Source: an uncultured cyanobacterium (GTDB taxonomy: Bacteria > Cyanobacteriota > Cyanobacteriia > CAKZMO01). Taken from it: 64,000 bases of DNA. Positions within the stretch are counted from its first letter, which is position 1. Each line of letters starts with the position of its first letter. The stretch lies in the NCBI GenBank assembly GCA_963719515.1, contig CAVRCJ010000010.1, positions 192,001 through 256,000 of the forward strand, given 5' to 3'. The position numbers and the translations under genes are program-made. This document shows, piece after piece, positions 34,123 through 42,590 of this stretch. The notes beneath the pieces were generated by a model. It was given only the letters and a program-made list of their open reading frames with translations. It made no database searches and had not been told where the DNA came from.

Positions 34123-37100
34123 ATGGCCCTGATTACAGTAACCACCGCAGCGAATTCTGGCTCCGGTTCCTTGAGAGAAGCGATCGCCAGCGCCAGCAGC
34201 GGCGATACCGTTGCTTTTTCCTCCGAGCTTGCCAACAAAACCATTCGCCTTGACGAACAGCTCGTCATCGACAAGGACATCACCCTCGACGGGGCAGCCG
34301 CACCCAATCTCACTCTCAGCGGCGAGGACAAGACTCGAATCCTACACGTCGACTACAGCTACGTCGACGTCGTCGTCCGCAACCTCACCTTTGCCAACGG
34401 CCGCGCCGCCGACAGCGACCCCAACAAAACTCAACAGGGCGGGGCCATCGAGCTGCGGGGTCCCAACACCCTAGTCGTCGAAAACTCTCGCTTCATCAAC
34501 AACTCGGCTGAGCGGGGCGGCGCGATTCACGTCGGCTATGGCGCTAGCGCTACCGTCGTAGGTAGCGAGTTCGACGGCAACGATGGCTCTCTCGCCAACG
34601 ACGGCTTCAGCGCCGGGGCGATCTCCACCCAAGGCGGGGGCGAGGGGGCAAAAGTCGTCAATACCAATGGCGATCGCAACGTTGGCGGAGAGGCATTTCT
34701 CGACATTCGTGACTCCACCTTCACCAACAACAAGGGCTCCTACGGCGCAGTCTATACGCTACTGGGCGGACTGCGGGTAGAAGACTCTGTCTTCCGCAAC
34801 AATGAGGGCACCAGGGGAGCGGGCGCTATCTTCACCGATGGGGCTAACGGCACTGAGAGAGCTGATAACCTCGGCGGCACGACGCTCATCCGCAACGTCA
34901 TCGCCGAGAACAATACGGGCGGCGGTGACTACGGCGGTGCGTTTTTCCTCTACGGCTACTCCGGCGACAAGTACATCATTGAGAACACGCAGGTCATCGG
35001 CAACGAGGCGCGGCGGGGCGGCGGCATCGGGGTTCAGTCGGCCCGCGACGAAGACAACGGCGTCGAGCTAATCATTCGCGATTCTGTCATTGCAGACAAT
35101 ACGGCCTCCTCCCAGGGCGGCGGCCTCTGGACCGACGTCAAGGGCGGCGTCACTATCGAAGACTCTACCTTTGACGGCAACCGCGTTTCTACCTCTGATG
35201 GCAAAGGCGACATCGGCGGGGCGATCGTCCTCAATACTCCTGAGTCAGCCGAGTCAACAATTACCAACACAACCTTCACCGATAACTACGCCGATCGCCA
35301 GTCGGGCAACATCTGGATCGGGGGTAAAAATAAGGCGGAGAATCTCACTGTCGAGGACTCTAGTTTTGCGGGTAACCGCGCTGGCAGCAGAGATACCGAA
35401 AACACCGTCAACTTTGAGGTTAAAGACGGGGGAGGAAATATTGTTCAAGGTTCCACTGGTGTGGACGGCGGACTTCCCGGTGCGACGCTGGTAGAAGAGC
35501 TACAGCTTGAGCCTACTCCTAATTCTGATAGTGGTTCGGACAGCGATGGGGAAGATCTCGCTACAGATAGCCCCCCACCTGAAGAACCGGCGGGCCCTGA
35601 TCCCGTGGTGGAGCAGCCCAAGTCCGAGCCAACCATTGAAGCGGAGTTGCCTACCGTAGAAGAGCAGCCCGAGCCTGTTGCTGAAGAGCCCGTAGCTAAA
35701 GAGCAGCCTAAACCTGAGCCAACCATCGAAGCAGAGTTGCCTACCGTAGAAGAGCAGCCCGAGCCTGTTGCTGAAGAGCCCGCAGCTAAAGAGCAGCCTA
35801 AACCTGAGCCAACCATTGAAGCGGAGCCGCCTACCGTAGAAGAGCAGCCCGAGCCTATGGCTGAAGAGCCCGTAGCTAAAGAGCAGCCTAAACTTGAGCC
35901 AACCATCGAAGCGGAGTCGCCTACCGTAGAAGAGCAGCCCGAGCCTGTTGCTGAAGAGCCCGCAGCTAAAGAGCAGCCTAAACCTAAGCCCGAGCCAACC
36001 ATTGAAGCGGAGCCGCCTATCGCAGAAGAGCAGCCCGAGCCTATGGCTGAAGAGCCCGTAGCTAAAGAGCAGCCCAAACTTAAGCCCGAGCCAACCATCG
36101 AAGCGGAGCCGCCTACCGTAGAAGAGCAGCCTGAGCCTAAAATGCTTGAGGTTAACCCTGAGCTGGTTCTTGACGCTGAGGACCCTGCGCCAACCCCCGC
36201 GCCTGATCTTACAGATGAGCCAGAGCCGACCCTGAGTTCTCCGGACGTTGTAGACCCTCAGCCCGCAAATCCTCAACCCATAGCTCCGCAGCCCGCTCCA
36301 AACCCGCTTCCAACCGGGCAAAGCCCCACTTCAGAGCCCGAATCTCCAGAATCAATAGAGCCGATCCGTTTCGATGCGGAAGACCTTACCCTCAAAGGCT
36401 ACCGGCTGCGCAATGAGGGCAATAATCCTGATAACCGTATTGCTACGCTCAAAAGCGGGAACAGAATCGGTAAGGCGAAGGGCGTGTTTGACGGGCCAGC
36501 AGGGACCTACCAAATTAAGCTAGGCTACTTCGACGAGAGCGATGGACAGGGTTCCTTTAAGGTGAAGGTGGCCGGGAACTCAGAATTCTTCGAACTTGAT
36601 GAGGATTTACCCTCTAAGGCTCCTAACGCCCGCTCCAAAACGGAGCGCATTACCCATGAAGCCATCGATCTTGAGCCAGGCGATCGCTTTTTGATTCGAG
36701 GCAAGCGTGGCGGAAACGAATTTGCCCGCTTCGACTATATTGAGTTCAGCCCTGTAGAGGCAAATCCACAAGCTCCCCAAAGCTCCCCTAACTCAGCTTC
36801 ATACGCCGCTGGGGGACTTGTAGACCTGCGTAGCGTTGACTACGACGCCGACGGCATCCCTGATGAGCAGGTCTCACTTAGCCTTGGTGATATCACGAGC
36901 TTTGCCCGCTACGATAACTCCGGTGGCTTTTACCGAGCAGAGCGGCGCAGCGGCGCAGTCCGAGATCCTCTGACAGATGAGCTAGTTCGCCCTGGACAAA
37001 AGGGCTATGCGGAGGCGGCGCTGAAGCAGCGGGTGAGCGGGCTTTCGTTCCAGGCCGAGGATGGTCAAGTGAGCAGTAAGGTCGAGACCGGAGCATTTCT

Positions 37101-37338
37101 CGCCCCCTATCTGATCACCAACGGGACTGCGGAGACGTTTTTAGAGCAGAACCCGCGCAACGATCGCACTCCGGACAGGCTCAACGCCTACTTCGGTATG
37201 AGTGAGGCAAATCCAGACGGGCTCGACCACCTGAAATCTCCGGGGGGCGATCGGTTCGCCTTTGAAGATCTCTATGGGCTAGGGGACAAGAGCTTTGATG
37301 ACCTCTCCTTCACCGTAGATGTTGACGTGGCTATATGA
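34123..37338 (+). CDS. Large extracellular-type protein: Pmp-like beta-helix, Pro/Glu repeat stalk, CBM-like domain, DUF4114-like C-terminus
   Basis: SD AGGAG before ATG 34123; repeated GGAI...FxxN motifs; C-terminal EANPDGLDH...FEDLYGLGDKSFDD. Confidence 0.75.
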   Translation: MALITVTTAANSGSGSLREAIASASSGDTVAFSSELANKTIRLDEQLVIDKDITLDGAAAPNLTLSGEDKTRILHVDYSYVDVVVRNLTFANGRAADSDPNKTQQGGAIELRGPNTLVVENSRFINNSAERGGAIHVGYGASATVVGSEFDGNDGSLANDGFSAGAISTQGGGEGAKVVNTNGDRNVGGEAFLDIRDSTFTNNKGSYGAVYTLLGGLRVEDSVFRNNEGTRGAGAIFTDGANGTERADNLGGTTLIRNVIAENNTGGGDYGGAFFLYGYSGDKYIIENTQVIGNEARRGGGIGVQSARDEDNGVELIIRDSVIADNTASSQGGGLWTDVKGGVTIEDSTFDGNRVSTSDGKGDIGGAIVLNTPESAESTITNTTFTDNYADRQSGNIWIGGKNKAENLTVEDSSFAGNRAGSRDTENTVNFEVKDGGGNIVQGSTGVDGGLPGATLVEELQLEPTPNSDSGSDSDGEDLATDSPPPEEPAGPDPVVEQPKSEPTIEAELPTVEEQPEPVAEEPVAKEQPKPEPTIEAELPTVEEQPEPVAEEPAAKEQPKPEPTIEAEPPTVEEQPEPMAEEPVAKEQPKLEPTIEAESPTVEEQPEPVAEEPAAKEQPKPKPEPTIEAEPPIAEEQPEPMAEEPVAKEQPKLKPEPTIEAEPPTVEEQPEPKMLEVNPELVLDAEDPAPTPAPDLTDEPEPTLSSPDVVDPQPANPQPIAPQPAPNPLPTGQSPTSEPESPESIEPIRFDAEDLTLKGYRLRNEGNNPDNRIATLKSGNRIGKAKGVFDGPAGTYQIKLGYFDESDGQGSFKVKVAGNSEFFELDEDLPSKAPNARSKTERITHEAIDLEPGDRFLIRGKRGGNEFARFDYIEFSPVEANPQAPQSSPNSASYAAGGLVDLRSVDYDADGIPDEQVSLSLGDITSFARYDNSGGFYRAERRSGAVRDPLTDELVRPGQKGYAEAALKQRVSGLSFQAEDGQVSSKVETGAFLAPYLITNGTAETFLEQNPRNDRTPDRLNAYFGMSEANPDGLDHLKSPGGDRFAFEDLYGLGDKSFDDLSFTVDVDVAI
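35611..36140 (+). repeat. Coding tandem repeat, 90-96 bp, ~5.7 copies (EQPKPEPTIEAELPTVEEQPEPVAEEPVAK)
   Basis: Units start at 35611, 35701, 35791, 35881, 35971 and 36067. Confidence 0.93.
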
Positions 37339-37428
37339 CGGCTATTGCCGTCGGTTGCGGTCGAGATAGCCCATGACGACAATGTAGGATAAACCTGCAT
37401 CCCCTATAGCGCCGCATTAAAAAGCGCC

Positions 37429-37925
37429 ATGTCCAAACCACCTTACACCCGCCAGACGCCGTCACCTTTAAAGCGGCGATCGCTGCCGATATTCCAGCCC
37501 TAAAGCAGCTGGCCCGCCTGTCTAAATCCACCTGGCAATACCCAGATAGCTACATGAACCGCTGGCGCTTTGACGAGACTATCGACGAAGCCATGATTTC
37601 TGCAGCAGTAGTCCGCTATGGACTGTTAGCCTCTGACCTAGCCTGTTTCTTTTGTCTCGACACTACCAGCCCGCCCGCCAAACTGCTTCACTTCTGGGTT
37701 CACCCAAATCAGCAGCGTAAAGGCGTCGGCAAATCCATGCTCAACGAAGTGGTTCAGGTCTTGAAGCGGTACAACCTAAGCAGCGCTGAAGTCGTCGCGG
37801 AGCCTAACGCCGCAGAGTTTTACCGGCGCAATGGGTGGCGCATAGTTGGCTCTTGGCACAACGATGACGTGGACCAAGACTTACCGGTAATGCGGCTCGA
37901 TGTCGCCGCTGCCGAAGAGAGCTGA
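37429..37925 (+). CDS. GNAT N-acetyltransferase; 5' end appears frameshifted
   Basis: Motif A VHPNQQRKGVGK; AEPNAAEFYRRNG. The GNAT frame extends upstream of ATG 37554, but the likely start ATG 37429 is in another frame. Confidence 0.7.
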
Positions 37926-37999
37926 CCGAGATACCGATGGACGCGGTTAGGCAGTAGACTCATGGCTGTGCAGCGCGAGCGCTCATGGCTCTAGCTTGC

Positions 38000-39073
38000 T
38001 CAATTCGTCAAAGCCCCCACGAATTCCTTTTTGATGAAAGGTGAGGTCATCGTCGAGAGCAGGCTACCGTAATCGAGGTCGAAGCCGACTTCATCCCCAA
38101 CCCCAAAGTTGCGGCTCTTGCTGTCGACAATCGTGTGATCGCTACTCGATCCCAATATCTCCACCGCGCTATCAGACCTCAAACCAGAGACCAGCGTATC
38201 CTGTTTCCCTAAAGCAAGAATAGCCCTTTGATGAGTGCCTCGATCTCGAACATTGGGAATATTCCCGAATGCATCCTGGCAGACCTCTCCAAACGGTAGA
38301 GAGGGCTTTATCTTCGACTCAATCACTTCAGCAAAAAGCTGAAAGGCCTGCTTGTGTAACCCCGGAATCCTCTTTCGGTTTAAGGTTTCGCAGCCCAAAA
38401 GAATGGATTCCCCAATGCGAAGATTATTGATTCTGCCGACGTCTCGGGACGCCTTGTACCACTCGTAGTTCGCCGAGTTTCCGCCAGAGACCAGCTCCAG
38501 CTTAAGCTGAAACTTCTTTTCTAAGCTGTTGACCTGCTCCGACAGCTCGCGCATGTTTCTATCGTCGGGCTTAATGCCGCCGTGGCAGGCCAAATTGCAG
38601 CCAATTCCAGCGATTTTGATGTGAGACAAAGACAGCGTTTCTTCAACAAACTGAGCCAGATCGCAAGGTAGAATTCCTTCACGACGATCGCCCAGCTCCA
38701 CCATAATAATTACCTGGTGGCGCTTGTTGTGAATCTGGGCGTAGTGAGAGAGCACCCTCAGCGTTTCAATCTCAGAGTTAAGGCTGATATCTACCGCCTT
38801 AACGATAGATTCCGCCTGACGCATGGGCGTACGCAGCAGCACAAACTGAGCCGATATCCCGGCGGTTTTCATCCTCTGAATATTCTCAAGGCGAGAATCA
38901 GCGATAAACTTGACCCCACCTCGGAGCATGGCCTGGGCAATAGCGGGCTCTCCAAGAACAGCCTTAGAAACGCCCATGATGGAAATACCCTGCTGCCCAT
39001 AGAGGTCACAGACCATCCGGGCGTTGTCCTGAATTTGGGATAGATTGATTTCTATCCGTGGCAGGAATTCCAT
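38000..39073 (-). CDS. Alanine/ornithine racemase-family PLP enzyme
   Basis: GVSKA (PLP Lys), ADSRLEN, ELGDRREG, SGGNS, LRIGE and SSDH motifs. Confidence 0.85.
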   Translation of the reverse strand: MEFLPRIEINLSQIQDNARMVCDLYGQQGISIMGVSKAVLGEPAIAQAMLRGGVKFIADSRLENIQRMKTAGISAQFVLLRTPMRQAESIVKAVDISLNSEIETLRVLSHYAQIHNKRHQVIIMVELGDRREGILPCDLAQFVEETLSLSHIKIAGIGCNLACHGGIKPDDRNMRELSEQVNSLEKKFQLKLELVSGGNSANYEWYKASRDVGRINNLRIGESILLGCETLNRKRIPGLHKQAFQLFAEVIESKIKPSLPFGEVCQDAFGNIPNVRDRGTHQRAILALGKQDTLVSGLRSDSAVEILGSSSDHTIVDSKSRNFGVGDEVGFDLDYGSLLSTMTSPFIKKEFVGALTN

Positions 39074-39096
39074 TAGGTTTTGTTAGACAGCGATGT

Positions 39097-40218
39097 CTAC
39101 CTCGTGACCAAGACGGGAAGAGACGATAACGCCTCCTGCGGCTTGATTTTTTGCTTGAGTGTGGGGAAATTATCGCCTAAGGCCTGGAGCAGCTTTTCGC
39201 AGCCGTGACTCAACACGTCTGTAGTGGGCAGGCCAAACTGCCGCTCATAGCGGACGATGGTGGCCAAGACGTCTCTCTGGGTCATGTCTTCGTGGCTAAG
39301 GGCGATCGCCACCACCTGGGCTGAAGAGATGGCCTCAATTAGCTCAATTTCGCTCTCGACTGCTGGCATAACTAGGTTAGGAAAATCGCACCGGACCCGG
39401 CGGGCCGGCGGGTGCTGGAGGATGACCGCATCCGCCATGCTGCCCTTCAAAATGCCGACGGAACTCATGAAGGCGGGGTGGCTGACGGCGCTCTGTCCCT
39501 CAACCAAAATGACGTCCGGGCGCTCTTGCTCAAAAGCCTGAACCACGGCGTGCTCTATCTCGCCAATCACAAATTGCGAAATCAATGCATCAATAGAGAC
39601 GCCATACCGCGCCCCCTGCATCAGGTTGGTTTGGCCCGTCGCCACCAGTACTGACTTAACGCCGAGGTCATTCAGAGCTCTGTTCAGCTCCACTGCCGTC
39701 GTCATCTTGCCGCAGGCGCAGTCTGTCCCCAGCATGGCGATGACGGGAACGCTGACGTTGGCGATCCGCCCTGTAAAGGTGTGCAGGTCTTTTAGGGGCG
39801 GAGATTTTCTAATGTCTCTAATTTGAACATTGTTTTGGTTAGCGGCTTCGGCAAATTCTGGGTCTTCAGAAAAGAACTGATGGAGGCCGTTGACGATGTC
39901 CATTCCATGGGCGATCGCCTCCAAAATTAGCAGTCTCTCTTGATCTGCAATGCAGGCTTCTAGAGGAGCCTTGCCGTAGATGTAGCAGTCTGGGGTCGCT
40001 GGCAGATGGCTCAATGCATCAGCTAAATCAGCAAAGATAGGGATGCCGCTCCCTTCGCCTAGCTCTTCTTTGGCATCTTTGCCTGCCAAGGCGCTGTCGA
40101 TGACGCCAACAATGGTATAAATCTCAGAATGGCGCACCAGAGCCGCAGCCGTTTTCCCGTCTACTAAGCCAAATTGATCTTGGCAGTAGACGAGGGCCGT
40201 TTGTTTTTCAATTTTCAT
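39097..40218 (-). CDS. DUF1611 protein (DgcN-like)
   Basis: GKTAAALVR, NGLHQF, GTDCACGKMTT, ATGQT and VEGQS..HPA motifs. Confidence 0.85.
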   Translation of the reverse strand: MKIEKQTALVYCQDQFGLVDGKTAAALVRHSEIYTIVGVIDSALAGKDAKEELGEGSGIPIFADLADALSHLPATPDCYIYGKAPLEACIADQERLLILEAIAHGMDIVNGLHQFFSEDPEFAEAANQNNVQIRDIRKSPPLKDLHTFTGRIANVSVPVIAMLGTDCACGKMTTAVELNRALNDLGVKSVLVATGQTNLMQGARYGVSIDALISQFVIGEIEHAVVQAFEQERPDVILVEGQSAVSHPAFMSSVGILKGSMADAVILQHPPARRVRCDFPNLVMPAVESEIELIEAISSAQVVAIALSHEDMTQRDVLATIVRYERQFGLPTTDVLSHGCEKLLQALGDNFPTLKQKIKPQEALSSLPVLVTR

Positions 40219-40409
40219 TAGATTAGAGTTGTTTGGCTTGACCCTTGAGGTGTCAGGTTGTTTGGTTTTGCAGCGAAAACATCAAGCCTTGATTGAGTTT
40301 CGGTTTGAACACTCGTACTAACCTTAATCGCTTCTGAATTGTAACATAGATTACTTTTTAGGGCCGCGAGGCCAACTTTGCCTATGGCCGCATCGGCTTC
40401 CCAGAGCAG

Positions 40410-40577
40410 ATGCCCGAAGACGGCGACATCCTGAAGCTGATTGCCGTAGGCAGTCCGCGGGCCGTGAATATCTGCCGCCACCACCTGCATCAGCTGGGCT
40501 ACGCGGAACCGAAGAAGTGGAGCACGCCCCTGCCCGCCGCTAACCCCGGCAAGGTGACGCGCATCCTCACTAAGTAG
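40410..40577 (+). CDS. 55-aa paralogue of the 29896 protein (possibly 5'-truncated); below the ORF-track cutoff
   Basis: MPEDGDILKLIAVGSPRAVNICRHHLHQLGYAEPKKWSTPLPAANPGKVTRILTK*. Confidence 0.6.
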   Translation: MPEDGDILKLIAVGSPRAVNICRHHLHQLGYAEPKKWSTPLPAANPGKVTRILTK

Positions 40578-40663
40578 CTGCCGCCCGCCACCGATCGCTA
40601 GGCCTGCTGAAAATGTACGGGCGGCTAGCTAGTCGCCCCTATCGCGATCGCCATCCTTCGATT

Positions 40664-42361
40664 TCATAGGGTGTACATCAAAAGCAGCACGAGCCCAATA
40701 TAAATTAGCCAGCCCAGCAGCAGCGGAATTCCTACAGTCGATAGCAGCCAGGTGATTAGCACGCCCAGTAGACCCGCAACTACCACAATTAGTGACCACA
40801 CCAACCAGCACAGCTTGGCCAGCATAACCACCCGCCCGTCTTGCCGCTCTACCAGAAGCCCATCGCCGGGAGCGACGGTCTTTCCAGTCAGGATATAAGT
40901 TGCGAGAGACTTATGATTTTGCGGCTGAAGCGCAGCACCATGGTTGCCTCTGAAGTAGCGGGTAAAAGAGCTATGCTTGGGTGCGTCATCTTGAAAACCA
41001 TTGTGGCCCGCCGTGCCAATGTCCCCCAGATTGAGGAGTTCAAAAAAACCTGGAAAAATGCCAACGATCCAGTCCGCTGATGCAATGTCGTTGCGAATTG
41101 ACGTGATGCGCCCTTGGCGAACCAACTCGTCCCAGGGATAGTCTATAGGGACAACGCTACCGGCAAAAGCAACATGGTTTAGTCTACAGGTGCGATAGCG
41201 CTGCAGAGCGCTAGCGAGCAGGTAGGTGCCGTTACTGTGGCCAATAAAACTAACCTTGGCCTTGGGATAGCGGGCGATCGCTTCGGTATAGCGATCCATA
41301 AACCAGCGCACGTTATCTTGCCGTGCCCCTAAAAACAAAAAGCGGATCATCGGGAAATAGCCGTACCCCGCCGTGATGGCATTTACCGACTGTCCTAGGT
41401 CTTGTCCCAACGACTCCACCGCACGGCTAATTTTCTCTGTCCACAGACCCATATCTCGGATGCCGTGCATCACAAATACGATGTGGTCTTGCTCCTGGCC
41501 AACCTCGTTTTGGTTCGGGACGGTATTGCCATCGAGCTGATCAAGCGGCGTCACCAGCGCTTGTCGAAATTTTTCTTTACGATGGAGGCCAACCTCAGAA
41601 GCTTGAAAGTCACAAATTGATGAATGGCCTGTGTCACGAACCTTTAGGTATCTGAAGTTAGCGTCAGTCAAAATATCGATACTGTCATCTGCAGCCACAA
41701 CCTCATCTATATCCCCTAGAAGCTGGATTGTTACTGGTAGATCGACATTTGGTGCATAGCCAAGTCGAATCCACTGCACCCTTAAATTGGCAACAAACGG
41801 AGATCCTCGGCGAAGATTAAGCAGGAGTCGCCCTAGACCTAGCCATGGCACAATTGCCCAGCCAAGCTGCTGGAGCATATACATAGGCCAGCTTAGATAC
41901 TTTGGTTTGGCGTCAGAAATGCCCCGATTGATCGCGGCTAGTAAGACAATGCGCTCAACTTTAGTGGCCCAGGGCAGCGTTTGGGGATTGTTAATCATTG
42001 CATCGTCGTTGCCGTACCCCATGGCAATTAAGTAGGTCTTACGGACTATTAACCCACCACCGCTATGTCCAACTAGAATGATGTGCTCGTATGCTTGATT
42101 ATCAGACCGCCTGGAGCGGTTTAGATCTGCCTCGTGTATGTACTGAGCCAGTTGTTCAGCGACTCGTCTTGGATCGGTGTTAGAAAAAACACCTGAGGCG
42201 TATTCCGGTACCAGCAGATCGGCATCGGGTAAGAATTCACGGACAGCGTCATACCAATCGCCCCGATTCTGTCCAGTGAGTCCGTGGACAATGACGACTA
42301 ACGCTGTTGAAGCCCCGTAGATCTTTGGATCGGTATCGTGGAGTAGACGGGTCTGAGTCAT
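40664..42361 (-). CDS. Tandem alpha/beta-hydrolase protein with C-terminal TM helices
   Basis: Two HG...GHSxG units (VHGL/GHSGG and MHGI/GHSNG); hydrophobic tail; start placed at ATG 42361. Confidence 0.7.
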   Translation of the reverse strand: MTQTRLLHDTDPKIYGASTALVVIVHGLTGQNRGDWYDAVREFLPDADLLVPEYASGVFSNTDPRRVAEQLAQYIHEADLNRSRRSDNQAYEHIILVGHSGGGLIVRKTYLIAMGYGNDDAMINNPQTLPWATKVERIVLLAAINRGISDAKPKYLSWPMYMLQQLGWAIVPWLGLGRLLLNLRRGSPFVANLRVQWIRLGYAPNVDLPVTIQLLGDIDEVVAADDSIDILTDANFRYLKVRDTGHSSICDFQASEVGLHRKEKFRQALVTPLDQLDGNTVPNQNEVGQEQDHIVFVMHGIRDMGLWTEKISRAVESLGQDLGQSVNAITAGYGYFPMIRFLFLGARQDNVRWFMDRYTEAIARYPKAKVSFIGHSNGTYLLASALQRYRTCRLNHVAFAGSVVPIDYPWDELVRQGRITSIRNDIASADWIVGIFPGFFELLNLGDIGTAGHNGFQDDAPKHSSFTRYFRGNHGAALQPQNHKSLATYILTGKTVAPGDGLLVERQDGRVVMLAKLCWLVWSLIVVVAGLLGVLITWLLSTVGIPLLLGWLIYIGLVLLLMYTL

Positions 42362-42590
42362 GGCAGGTAGATTGCAGTGATGATTTGCACTCCATGTCTT
42401 ATCTAAATAAGTAGCTTTAATCCGCCTCGAAAGAAAGTTTCTGTCACAATCTGTGTCACTGTCAATCCGCAGTCCAGCGGCATCTCCTACCACCAGGGTT
42501 CGAACAGGGCTTCTACAATAAGAAAAACAAATGTAATTGCAGCGCCCGCAATCTGCTAAGGTTCCTTATCCCGCATTACTAACCTCCACC

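Noticed and set aside
35445..36321. Long antisense ORFs (217 and 273 aa)
   Set aside because: Shadows of the Pro/Glu coding repeat
40218..40490. 90-aa minus-strand ORF upstream of DUF1611
   Set aside because: Largely the antisense shadow of the + strand 55-aa gene and the promoter region
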